From a virus (Duplodnaviria; Caudoviricetes): a stretch of DNA of 64,000 nucleotides. Location: IMG/VR virus record IMGVR_UViG_3300002220_000003, positions 20,137 through 84,136 of that record; one strand, written 5' to 3'. The translations under genes and the position numbers were made by a program. Numbering within the stretch: the first letter of the stretch is position 1; each line of letters begins with the position of its first letter. Below, piece after piece: positions 56,655 to 64,000 of the stretch. Under the pieces are notes generated by a model. That model was given only the letters and a program-made list of their open reading frames with translations. It was not told the DNA's origin and made no database searches.

Positions 56655-57397
56655 TTTGTCCTCACTTTAGGATCCTTGTCGCCCAAACCCAAAAATCGAG
56701 AAAGCCGATTTATTGTTATCTCCCCGAGCAGGGCTGAAGGGAATTGTCGGTTGAGTATTTCGGCGTTTGGCCTGACGCAATGGCCGCCGATCTCTCCTTC
56801 CGGAGGATCAAGCACGGGCCGTATATGCTCCGGCGTCCCTCTTTTCTCAACCAATGAATTATATGCATGATCATATTCCTTTATTGCCGAATAAGTGAGA
56901 CCAATCTGATCTGCAACCCGCTTTGAATACCGGGCAAATTCAATACAAACTCCATAATAAGACGTTGATCTGAGTTTGAGAAATTCCGTATGCTCCGGTT
57001 TATCGAGAATGGTAAATTGCAAGCCTGCATCAAGGAGAAACGTTTCAATGATCTCATTATGGCCGCCGAGAAAATGATGCCGATTAAGTTCAAGATCACG
57101 AGCAATATGAGGATGTTTTCCCTCAATAGGAAAATGCAGCGCCTTTAATTTCGAACAAGTCCCGACAGGAACGGTAGAGAAAATAAGAGTCGCTTTCGGG
57201 TTGATCTTCTGCCATTGCCGGACATTGTTTTCAAAATTATCGGAATAGGGAATTGCTACCAGAAGTATTTTTATTGCCTGCAAATTCCCTCCAAACTTCT
57301 TCTTATCAGGATCATAAATCATGATCTGATGTTTTTTCGATAAGACCTCATATAGCCCGGATCCGATCTCGCCATAACCAACCAATAATGTCTTCAT
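56651..57397 (-). CDS. UDP-glucose/GDP-mannose dehydrogenase family, lacking C-terminal domain
   Basis: VGYGEIG, FSTVPVGT, EFLK, IGGHCV; only 248 aa. Confidence 0.8.
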   Translation of the reverse strand: MKTLLVGYGEIGSGLYEVLSKKHQIMIYDPDKKKFGGNLQAIKILLVAIPYSDNFENNVRQWQKINPKATLIFSTVPVGTCSKLKALHFPIEGKHPHIARDLELNRHHFLGGHNEIIETFLLDAGLQFTILDKPEHTEFLKLRSTSYYGVCIEFARYSKRVADQIGLTYSAIKEYDHAYNSLVEKRGTPEHIRPVLDPPEGEIGGHCVRPNAEILNRQFPSALLGEITINRLSRFLGLGDKDPKVRTK

Positions 57398-57407
57398 ACA
57401 ACCTCCT

Positions 57408-57494
57408 TATGATTTAGATATGATCCAAAGAAACAAACAGATTACCCCTCCGATTAACAAAAACACGCAACCGAGAAGAATCAGTTTTATCACT
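57408..57494 (-). CDS. Possible 28-aa transmembrane peptide (not in track)
   Basis: GTG start; MIKLILLGCVFLLIGGVICLFLWIISKS; fills gap. Confidence 0.35.
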
Positions 57495-57708
57495 CTTCAA
57501 ACCCCGGCGGCTCCCTGACCACACCGCAATCACTGCATATCATCCCCAGAGATAGGGTGCCGGCGATCCCCTTATAAAACATCAAATGACAATCTTTCCC
57601 TTCTTCCTTACCGCACTTCGGACAGGTGATCGTAATCCTATCAGGGATGCTAATCCCACACGATCCACCAATCAATTCCCATAAGGCTATTGACGATTTT
57701 GTTGCCAT
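57490..57708 (-). CDS. Zn-finger small protein
   Basis: CPKC and CSDC pairs; AGGAGG SD. Confidence 0.6.
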   Translation of the reverse strand: MATKSSIALWELIGGSCGISIPDRITITCPKCGKEEGKDCHLMFYKGIAGTLSLGMICSDCGVVREPPGFEE

Positions 57709-57754
57709 AACTACCTCCTTTTATTTTTTGTAATATATATAATATTATATCCCA

Positions 57755-59143
57755 TTATATGCCTTTCACATCGATCAATTTTCCTCTCGGCCCGGATACT
57801 GGGAATTCCTCTGTTATATAATAACCGATTGCATCGGATAAGTGTGTTAACATCGGATTTCCCTTTTTATCAATCTCGCCGGATCCTCCCGGGATACATT
57901 GCACTCCTTCAAAATCCTTTATCACAAATGGAGCCTTTGTCGAATCAACATATAACCTGATAACACCCTCCATAGATTTACATCTTGAATTGACTGCATT
58001 GACTCTTTCCCTTTCAAAGGGATTATGACTTGGAATACGATAATGAACACGGGAATCACCAAAATGTCCATTGATCATTTTCTTAACAAGATCCCAATCT
58101 GATCCGGCAACCTTTGCAGATCCCTTCGCACCGCCGGAAGCATCTCCATACAAATAAATCTGTCCCTCATGCTTTCCCCAATCATTAATCAATTTGCGAC
58201 AGACCATGATCGTATTTGAATTCCTCTCGATCCTGACCTCCCCAATAATACAGGTAATCGTATCTCCTATTATCGGTAAGTTTTTCTCATTAAATCTTGT
58301 CTTTTCCTGCACCACCGCTGCAACACCCGGGGCAACATTGAAGTCAAGACAAAAGATCAAAGGGGCCTTTGCATTATATCTGATCCGTGCGGTATTATAT
58401 CTCTCGTCAAAAGCATAATATGTCCTGCCCTCAAAGGACAAAAACGATCCTTCATACTCCTGCAAATAAGTTAATTCATCAAGATCACGTTTTGCGGCCG
58501 CAATCTCGGCCGGATCAAGGATATCAGCCGACTTCCAATGATATGAATCCCATTCCCCGCTGTCATCGGCCTGTGCCTTTTTATACAGATCGTAATAATG
58601 ATTTCTCCCTTCAGGCACGCCGATAAACGCACACCAACCTTTCCGATCTGATAAAGCGGGCCTGACGTGCTCCGACCATGCCTTCTCTTTCATATTGCCA
58701 TACTCATCGAGAACGCCGCCATCCCATGCAACGCCCTCAATCCTCTCCGGCTTGTCCATCCCAACAACTACTAATTGTGCCCCTGATGAAAAGAAAATAG
58801 TGAGTTCGGATTCTGATGGCGGGCGCACTTGCACAAGAGGCGGGGTCATCATTTTCAAATCTTCCCACCATATCCTTTTTGCCTGATCTCTGGTTGGGGC
58901 TCCGGCAAAAAACCGGGGAATGGAAAACTCTGTTCCCTTTATCGATGCAACAATAAGTTTTCTTTTTAGGATTTCGGTCTTGCCTGATCGACGGCCGGCA
59001 GGGACTACCGGAAATCGTATACCCGGCAATCCTTTATCTGGATCTTCAATTATATCTCTGATCAATCGCCGCTGTTCAGGATGATGGCGAAGTTTTGTCC
59101 AACGTGATGCTAAAGCCATATAGTCCCCGGATCCTGCTGACAA
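57755..59143 (-). CDS. terL: Terminase large subunit
   Basis: AGRRSGKT, LDEYG, IGVPEG, CLDFN, LYGDASG, HLSDAIGY. Confidence 0.95.
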   Translation of the reverse strand: MSAGSGDYMALASRWTKLRHHPEQRRLIRDIIEDPDKGLPGIRFPVVPAGRRSGKTEILKRKLIVASIKGTEFSIPRFFAGAPTRDQAKRIWWEDLKMMTPPLVQVRPPSESELTIFFSSGAQLVVVGMDKPERIEGVAWDGGVLDEYGNMKEKAWSEHVRPALSDRKGWCAFIGVPEGRNHYYDLYKKAQADDSGEWDSYHWKSADILDPAEIAAAKRDLDELTYLQEYEGSFLSFEGRTYYAFDERYNTARIRYNAKAPLIFCLDFNVAPGVAAVVQEKTRFNEKNLPIIGDTITCIIGEVRIERNSNTIMVCRKLINDWGKHEGQIYLYGDASGGAKGSAKVAGSDWDLVKKMINGHFGDSRVHYRIPSHNPFERERVNAVNSRCKSMEGVIRLYVDSTKAPFVIKDFEGVQCIPGGSGEIDKKGNPMLTHLSDAIGYYITEEFPVSGPRGKLIDVKGI

Positions 59144-59150
59144 TAACTAC

Positions 59151-59321
59151 TTAGCTTGACTTCTCTGCGTCGATCTTCTCCTGCAATGCAGAGTTTTTAT
59201 CGACGAGCTCCTGCCACGTCGGTATGGGTTGATCCCCGGCAGCCTGTTGCAAAGTATTGTAGAAATTAAATCCGAGTTTGAGCAGCCCTTCAAGTATTTC
59301 AAGTCCTATTGTTACCGTCAT
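59151..59321 (-). CDS. Small amphipathic protein (56 aa, not in track)
   Basis: MTVTIGLEILEGLLKLGFNFYNTLQQAAG...; ATGA overlap with upstream stop. Confidence 0.55.
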   Translation of the reverse strand: MTVTIGLEILEGLLKLGFNFYNTLQQAAGDQPIPTWQELVDKNSALQEKIDAEKSS

Positions 59322-59680
59322 AATTCCACCCCCATTGCCTTGAGCGCCGTGATCACCGATTGAATCAGTGGCGGGATCTCTTTGTATATCTGCTCCGGTG
59401 TGCCGCTCTGACTGATCATATATGTCCGCAATGATTTATTCGCGACATCAAAACATGGAACAACCTGGCCCTTCCATATCTCCTGTTTGTCCGGGTTGGC
59501 CGTTACATATGCTTTTCCCTGATCAAATAAGGTCGTCAGCTGTTCCTGAAATCCGCCGGCGATTATACGCGCCTTTCCGTCAGGAGTCAGTTTATTCCAT
59601 GCCGCCTGCAAATCTGCTATCGTGGCGCATGATGCAATCATCAAGACCACGATCACCAACGCCAAACATTTCTTTTTCAT
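59318..59680 (-). CDS. Lipoprotein
   Basis: MKKK, hydrophobic stretch, lipobox IASC. Confidence 0.7.
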   Translation of the reverse strand: MKKKCLALVIVVLMIASCATIADLQAAWNKLTPDGKARIIAGGFQEQLTTLFDQGKAYVTANPDKQEIWKGQVVPCFDVANKSLRTYMISQSGTPEQIYKEIPPLIQSVITALKAMGVEL

Positions 59681-59694
59681 GATACCTCCCTTTT

Positions 59695-60003
59695 TTATTT
59701 TTTATCCTTGCCGGATTTCTTGATAATACCGATGATCCCTGTGATCGCACCATACAATGATACCAGCGCCGGGATTAAATCCTTGATCAATCCACCGATG
59801 ACCGGGAGATTATCAGTCAGGCTTTGACCAATATCCGCCGGGATTGTAATGTCAAAAAAGGTATAGAGCAGGCCCCCGACAAATACCATGATCGCACCAA
59901 AGAAACGCCGTGAGATATACCATGGCTTATCAACGCCATTTTCCTCTTTATATATCTGACTGACATCTTTCCACATTCCGAGCAATCTAAAATACTTAAA
60001 CAT
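59695..60003 (-). CDS. Holin-like membrane protein
   Basis: Two TM segments, WYISRRFFG, basic C-terminus. Confidence 0.55.
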   Translation of the reverse strand: MFKYFRLLGMWKDVSQIYKEENGVDKPWYISRRFFGAIMVFVGGLLYTFFDITIPADIGQSLTDNLPVIGGLIKDLIPALVSLYGAITGIIGIIKKSGKDKK

Positions 60004-60004
60004 T

Positions 60005-60391
60005 TTAATCCTCCTCTGTATATTTTACAAATACATCGGCCGTCGCATTGGAAAGATTGAGGGAAAGAGCATCCCCAACATTTGTCGCCAGAGCGGGAAC
60101 ATCTTGACCATGAATCTGTGATGGTTTACCCTCCCATGATCCGCTAATAGGCAATAACGCCTTCTGGCTGATCTGATCGTAGGTGCTCGCGGAGAAATAA
60201 GAAAGAAAATATGCCTCAAGAGCAACCGATCTCGCGATAACCTTGAAATCCCATACCTTGATCCGTTTACCCGAGACCGCCGATACAATCGTGTTCGCGC
60301 CGGTCAGGGTCGCCATCGAGAAAGCCGTTTTAACCGGTATTCCGCCACCTCCAGGATGACTGATTACTCCTAATTCCAATCCGCTTGACAT
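60005..60391 (-). CDS. Hypothetical beta-rich protein, possibly virion
   Basis: 128-aa ORF with SD. Confidence 0.55.
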   Translation of the reverse strand: MSSGLELGVISHPGGGGIPVKTAFSMATLTGANTIVSAVSGKRIKVWDFKVIARSVALEAYFLSYFSASTYDQISQKALLPISGSWEGKPSQIHGQDVPALATNVGDALSLNLSNATADVFVKYTEED

Positions 60392-60409
60392 AATTTACCT
60401 CCTTGTTTT

Positions 60410-60688
60410 TTAATATCCATGTTGCCACTCGCCACAGTTAGGACAATAAATCCCTTCAGGGGCAATCTTGAATAAAGTATTACCGCATGAACAAGTCCAT
60501 TCGGCCCCTTCACGCTGAATAGGATATTTCATATGCATTTTCATTTGATGACAGGCGGGACATTCAGACCATATAATTCCAACCGGGCAGACCTGAACGC
60601 ACTGATGACCGCACTCCATACAAACCGCTTCCCCCATAAGATGAGGATCTTTTTCTTCCGATCTGATCTGAATAATATTTGTCGGCAT
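60410..60688 (-). CDS. Zn-ribbon protein
   Basis: CMEC, CPAC, CSC, CPNC. Confidence 0.65.
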   Translation of the reverse strand: MPTNIIQIRSEEKDPHLMGEAVCMECGHQCVQVCPVGIIWSECPACHQMKMHMKYPIQREGAEWTCSCGNTLFKIAPEGIYCPNCGEWQHGY

Positions 60689-60858
60689 TACTTCCTTTTC
60701 TTCTTTCCTGACTTTTTCGGCTTGTACCCATGATCAATAGCATTTAATAATCGCCTCATCTTCAGCGCCTTTTTCTTTGTCGTGGCCCGTGCTTTTGTTC
60801 CCGAAGGTGTCGATACCCGATACTTGCCGGATTTAAGTTTTGTTATTCTGACCGGCAT
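60688..60858 (-). CDS. Small highly basic protein (56 aa, not in track)
   Basis: MPVRITKLKSGKYRVSTPSG...KKSGKKKRK; TAATG overlap. Confidence 0.6.
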   Translation of the reverse strand: MPVRITKLKSGKYRVSTPSGTKARATTKKKALKMRRLLNAIDHGYKPKKSGKKKRK

Positions 60859-61441
60859 TATCTTCCCCTGTCATGGTAGCAGTCATCTCCCTGACGAGCT
60901 GACAAATCTTTTGTGCCTCCTCTACAGGATCTTTCGGTCCTTCCCTCTTTTCAAATATGCCGAGATGATTGCCGAGATCAACAAGGGCCTGACGCTTATC
61001 ATACATCTTGACCTTGACGTTTGCGCCATACTCATTAAATGTTACCGATACCTCCGATATGGCAGCGGCATCTTCTTCCATTATGTCAGACGATGGTTTC
61101 GGGGTCACACCAAAGGCATTCCATGATACAACACTTCTAATATTGGCAAACCCTATCTTTGCGAGTTCTTTGATAATACGATCCTGATCGACATGGCAGC
61201 GTTGTTGCCGCTCCTCCATTGCTTTTCTTACCGCTCTTTGTACCGCTTTATTGCGTAATAGTATCCATGCTGCCTGCGCCGGGTTTTTTCTTGAGGAATA
61301 TCCGCAGGACTTATACGCCCGGGTTGGATTTAGATCGATAAGGTATTCATCGACAAACCTTCTCTGCTTTGGGTTGAGATAATACTCATCACGTTTTCCA
61401 ATAATATTGTCTACCGGATCATCTGATTTTTTACGTGGCAT
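60833..61441 (-). CDS. terS: Terminase small subunit (start re-called to MPRKK at 61441)
   Basis: LNPKQRRFVDEYLIDLNPTRAY, IIKELAKIGF, VKMYDKRQALVDLG. Confidence 0.92.
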   Translation of the reverse strand: MPRKKSDDPVDNIIGKRDEYYLNPKQRRFVDEYLIDLNPTRAYKSCGYSSRKNPAQAAWILLRNKAVQRAVRKAMEERQQRCHVDQDRIIKELAKIGFANIRSVVSWNAFGVTPKPSSDIMEEDAAAISEVSVTFNEYGANVKVKMYDKRQALVDLGNHLGIFEKREGPKDPVEEAQKICQLVREMTATMTGEDNAGQNNKT

Positions 61442-61451
61442 GATAAAGATT

Positions 61452-61480
61452 GATATATCCGATTTGAAAATAGGAGTCAA
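61452..61480 (-). promoter_or_regulatory. sigma70-type promoter upstream of terS
   Basis: TTGACT, 17 nt, TATATC. Confidence 0.5.
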
Positions 61481-61507
61481 GGGATTTTTATTTATGAAAG
61501 AGAAAAC

Positions 61508-61681
61508 TTATACCTGCTCGCTCAATTTTTCTATTACCGATCGAAGGTCTTCATCGGCCTCCTCACAACATTGAATCAGACTTTCATACTCATCCAATAA
61601 TTCCCTCATCTTGTCCCTTTGTCTGGCAATTTCCTTTTTTATTGCCTTGAGTTGTTTTATCAGTCCCTTTTTTGTTTTCAT
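61508..61681 (-). CDS. Small coiled-coil protein (57 aa, not in track)
   Basis: MKTKKGLIKQLKAIKKEIARQRDK...; SD AGGAG. Confidence 0.55.
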   Translation of the reverse strand: MKTKKGLIKQLKAIKKEIARQRDKMRELLDEYESLIQCCEEADEDLRSVIEKLSEQV

Positions 61682-61692
61682 CTGTCTTCTCC

Positions 61693-62136
61693 TTACATTA
61701 CCCTTTCAGGACTTCCATTTTTTGGATAATAAATGAGCTCACTACCAACATAATCATCACCATTGATTCCGCCGAGAATCGCCACTCTGACAACATGTCC
61801 CTTATCAATATGCTCCCAGTAAGATTGCCCCCGATAAATCCACCGGCCTCCGTATTTTTTCCGGAGAAATTGAATCGTCGATTCGAGCCGACCATTTTTT
61901 ATTACCGCCATTTTTTCCACTTCCTCCTTTGGTAATTCAGTAAGCCCCCGAAGGATCTTCAATGCCGCCTGAGTGTTTTGTTTCATATATTTTAATTGAT
62001 TTAATCTTGATAGGCCGGTAAGACGATCACTTGTTATAAGCAGGATGATTGCTTTTTGTATTTCTTCCCGTATCTCTTTTATCTGTTTGGATATGCCTTG
62101 CAATGCGATAATCGTTTCTTTTTGTAATTCATCCAT
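61693..62136 (-). CDS. Hypothetical protein
   Basis: 147-aa ORF with SD. Confidence 0.55.
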   Translation of the reverse strand: MDELQKETIIALQGISKQIKEIREEIQKAIILLITSDRLTGLSRLNQLKYMKQNTQAALKILRGLTELPKEEVEKMAVIKNGRLESTIQFLRKKYGGRWIYRGQSYWEHIDKGHVVRVAILGGINGDDYVGSELIYYPKNGSPERVM

Positions 62137-62233
62137 ATGTTTTCTCCCTATAAAAGAAATTTTCGAAGATCAGACATCCGCGGATATCAATGATCTCCAT
62201 TTAACTTTATCTCCCTCCTTCACAAACAAATAA

Positions 62234-62545
62234 TTATTCTTTCTGATCCCTATCATAATATTTCACCACCTCTTTTCTATCGATAATAGGAATCTGTATG
62301 GCCTTGATCAATTGTTCGGCCTCCATCAAGGTATATCTTTTACTGATCATAGGAAACCAGCCGGGAAATGATTGATACCGCTCCAAATAATAGCCGTCGT
62401 TATCCCTGACAATCCTCAGATCACCATCCTTATAGGATTTTGTATCGGAAGGATTACCAATCAATAATCCCATAACAAAAATCCCGGCCCCGACCAACAT
62501 CAAAAAAAATCCTAATACTGGTAACATCGTATTCCTCCTTTTCAT
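62234..62545 (-). CDS. Single-TM hypothetical protein
   Basis: N-terminal hydrophobic helix. Confidence 0.6.
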   Translation of the reverse strand: MKRRNTMLPVLGFFLMLVGAGIFVMGLLIGNPSDTKSYKDGDLRIVRDNDGYYLERYQSFPGWFPMISKRYTLMEAEQLIKAIQIPIIDRKEVVKYYDRDQKE

Positions 62546-62949
62546 TTTTCCTCCTGTTTATCCATCGCCCATCGGCAATGCATTTCATCTTCTTTTGTGC
62601 AAATAAATTCATGAGGGAAAATCGCTACCTTTGCCCCACATTCCTCTTTATCACCATCCGGCCAGAAAGAACAGATACCATAAGGATCACAATCATAATC
62701 AAGGTCCTCACATATACAATGATCCTCCTGATCAAGACTATAAAATTGACAGGTATCATTAAAACAGGCATCATAGACAATTGATGATTCAGGAATGTCC
62801 ATGATCCCTTCCCTGATAAGAATATCAACAATCTTGTTTGCAAGGTCCCCGGAAATCCTCCTGATCATATTTGCTATCCTGACATATCTATCAAGGATTT
62901 TGTGTTCTTTGCGGAGATTATGCAGGAGCATTCTTGTCATCATCAACAT
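62542..62949 (-). CDS. Cys-rich hypothetical protein
   Basis: 9 Cys in C-terminal half. Confidence 0.55.
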   Translation of the reverse strand: MLMMTRMLLHNLRKEHKILDRYVRIANMIRRISGDLANKIVDILIREGIMDIPESSIVYDACFNDTCQFYSLDQEDHCICEDLDYDCDPYGICSFWPDGDKEECGAKVAIFPHEFICTKEDEMHCRWAMDKQEEK

Positions 62950-63112
62950 TTAACAATGCCTCTACATCTACCATGGGATGATCAATTTCACGGTATGATT
63001 TCTTTGATCTCTGCTTGAGATGATCGACCGCTTTCCTTCTGAGCTGGCATTTCTCGCAATACCCTTCGGTATTTACCTGATCCACATCACCGCAACCGCC
63101 CGCACATTTCAT
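62918..63112 (-). CDS. Small Zn-finger protein
   Basis: CAGGC, CEKC. Confidence 0.55.
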   Translation of the reverse strand: MKCAGGCGDVDQVNTEGYCEKCQLRRKAVDHLKQRSKKSYREIDHPMVDVEALLNVDDDKNAPA

Positions 63113-63312
63113 TTTATCCCCACCTCCAAGGGGTAATGCCGTTTATTCCATCTTTCGATGATCCCCTTCTTTGTTGAATCACGCATCGATACACAAAACA
63201 ATGCACATTCAATTTCCCATATCGACCGCTGTCTCCCTGATGTCGCAATACGAAATGGCCCTCTTGCCGGGGCACCGCAAAATGGACAAGTAAGTAATTG
63301 ATCTTTTTCCAT
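63109..63312 (-). CDS. Lar-like restriction alleviation family protein
   Basis: CPFCG...C..C...WNKR signature. Confidence 0.7.
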   Translation of the reverse strand: MEKDQLLTCPFCGAPARGPFRIATSGRQRSIWEIECALFCVSMRDSTKKGIIERWNKRHYPLEVGIK

Positions 63313-63527
63313 TACTCTCCCTCCGTAATCCAGACGAGATATCTATCATCCGTCTCGATATACTTCATCGTGATAAATATCTTCGGCCCGAGCTTGATTG
63401 TCGCCTTGTCATCTTTAACAACCTGCTGAAAAAAATCAATCGTCCTGTTTCTTTCCATTACCCGGCCTGCATGAAACATTGACAATAAAATAAACATGAC
63501 CATTCCGATCACAAATAATACCTTCAT
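63312..63527 (-). CDS. Small membrane protein
   Basis: N-terminal TM. Confidence 0.55.
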   Translation of the reverse strand: MKVLFVIGMVMFILLSMFHAGRVMERNRTIDFFQQVVKDDKATIKLGPKIFITMKYIETDDRYLVWITEGE

Positions 63528-63970
63528 TCTCTTTCCTCCCTTTTTATTTCATTTCTTATTTTCATGAGCAGCTTACCAAGTACATTTTCTCCTTCGCCAG
63601 TCTGAAAGTCAATGCCCCAGAATTTATCATGCCACCAATTTCCTTCTTGTAGATGCATATCCCCTGTATCAAGCAATAATTTTTTCAGCGCAGGATTGCT
63701 GAATTTAATCCGGAGAATCTCCTCCATGATCCCAACCTTTTTATTTTCCCAGTCAGCAATCAATTTAATAGTCCTGCCTTGAGCCTTTACCACTTTAGGC
63801 TTACTATTATATCGACAGATAATCTTCCATCCCTGATCGTCAGATTTGGCAGATTGATACGCATTTTCCGACGATGGATATTCAATTCCCTGATACATAA
63901 CGGGACAATAATAAAAATTAGAAAGAAAAAAATATGGGCCTCTAAATTGAGAAATTGTTTTCATTATCAT
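63524..63970 (-). CDS. NADAR (YbiA-like) hydrolase
   Basis: FLSNFY, SSENAYQSAK, KF, LLLDTG, D.FWG, N.LGKLLM.IR. Confidence 0.92.
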   Translation of the reverse strand: MIMKTISQFRGPYFFLSNFYYCPVMYQGIEYPSSENAYQSAKSDDQGWKIICRYNSKPKVVKAQGRTIKLIADWENKKVGIMEEILRIKFSNPALKKLLLDTGDMHLQEGNWWHDKFWGIDFQTGEGENVLGKLLMKIRNEIKREERE

Positions 63971-64000
63971 ACCCCTCTTTCAATTAATCGCAGAGGCGAC

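Noticed and set aside
47340-57397. Host LPS locus or chimeric assembly
   Set aside because: Coupled overlaps with portal, interleaved phage-type ORFs, same k-mer signature, no flippase/polymerase/mobility genes; read-level check still advisable
57731-57778. Dedicated promoter for the sugar cluster
   Set aside because: Two TATAAT boxes present, but TTGATC lies 13 or 23 nt away, so there is no properly spaced -35
63-63970. All plus-strand ORFs in the track, and short minus-strand ORFs nested in long genes
   Set aside because: Antisense or alternate-frame shadows of well-supported minus-strand genes; no motifs or SD support
1-64000. Stop-codon reassignment, tRNA genes, integrase or att sites
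   Set aside because: Long genes translate intact in code 11; no cloverleaf with T-loop/CCA and no recombinase motifs seen; lifestyle cannot be called from this window

Overview
A 64-kb segment of a tailed dsDNA phage genome with siphovirus-type architecture (tail tube, tape measure, GTA-like tail tip, no sheath). Every credible gene is on the minus strand. In transcription order (right to left): small early-type genes (NADAR, Lar-like) > terS > holin-like/lipoprotein genes > terL > a ~10-kb nucleotide-sugar/glycosylation cluster > portal > 1996-aa polyvalent MuF protein > scaffold, major capsid, cement protein > GT2-TPR glycosyltransferase > head-tail and tail genes (-1 frameshift chaperone) > fibre-like protein > M15 endolysin > accessory genes > SF2 helicase, primase, initiator, DnaB > 7-deazaguanine cluster (QueD, QueE, QueC, PRT-FolE fusion, VUT transporter, TGT/DpdA-like) > beta-clamp running off the left edge. 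The strongest candidate for an undescribed system is the amino-sugar pathway between terL and portal plus a protein-glycosyltransferase-type GT2-TPR gene inside the capsid operon, suggesting self-encoded virion glycosylation alongside 7-deazaguanine DNA modification. All protein calls come from motif recognition by eye; no searches were run, and k-mer counts are manual and approximate. No tRNA, rRNA, CRISPR array, integrase or transposase was seen. The host cannot be determined from this window.
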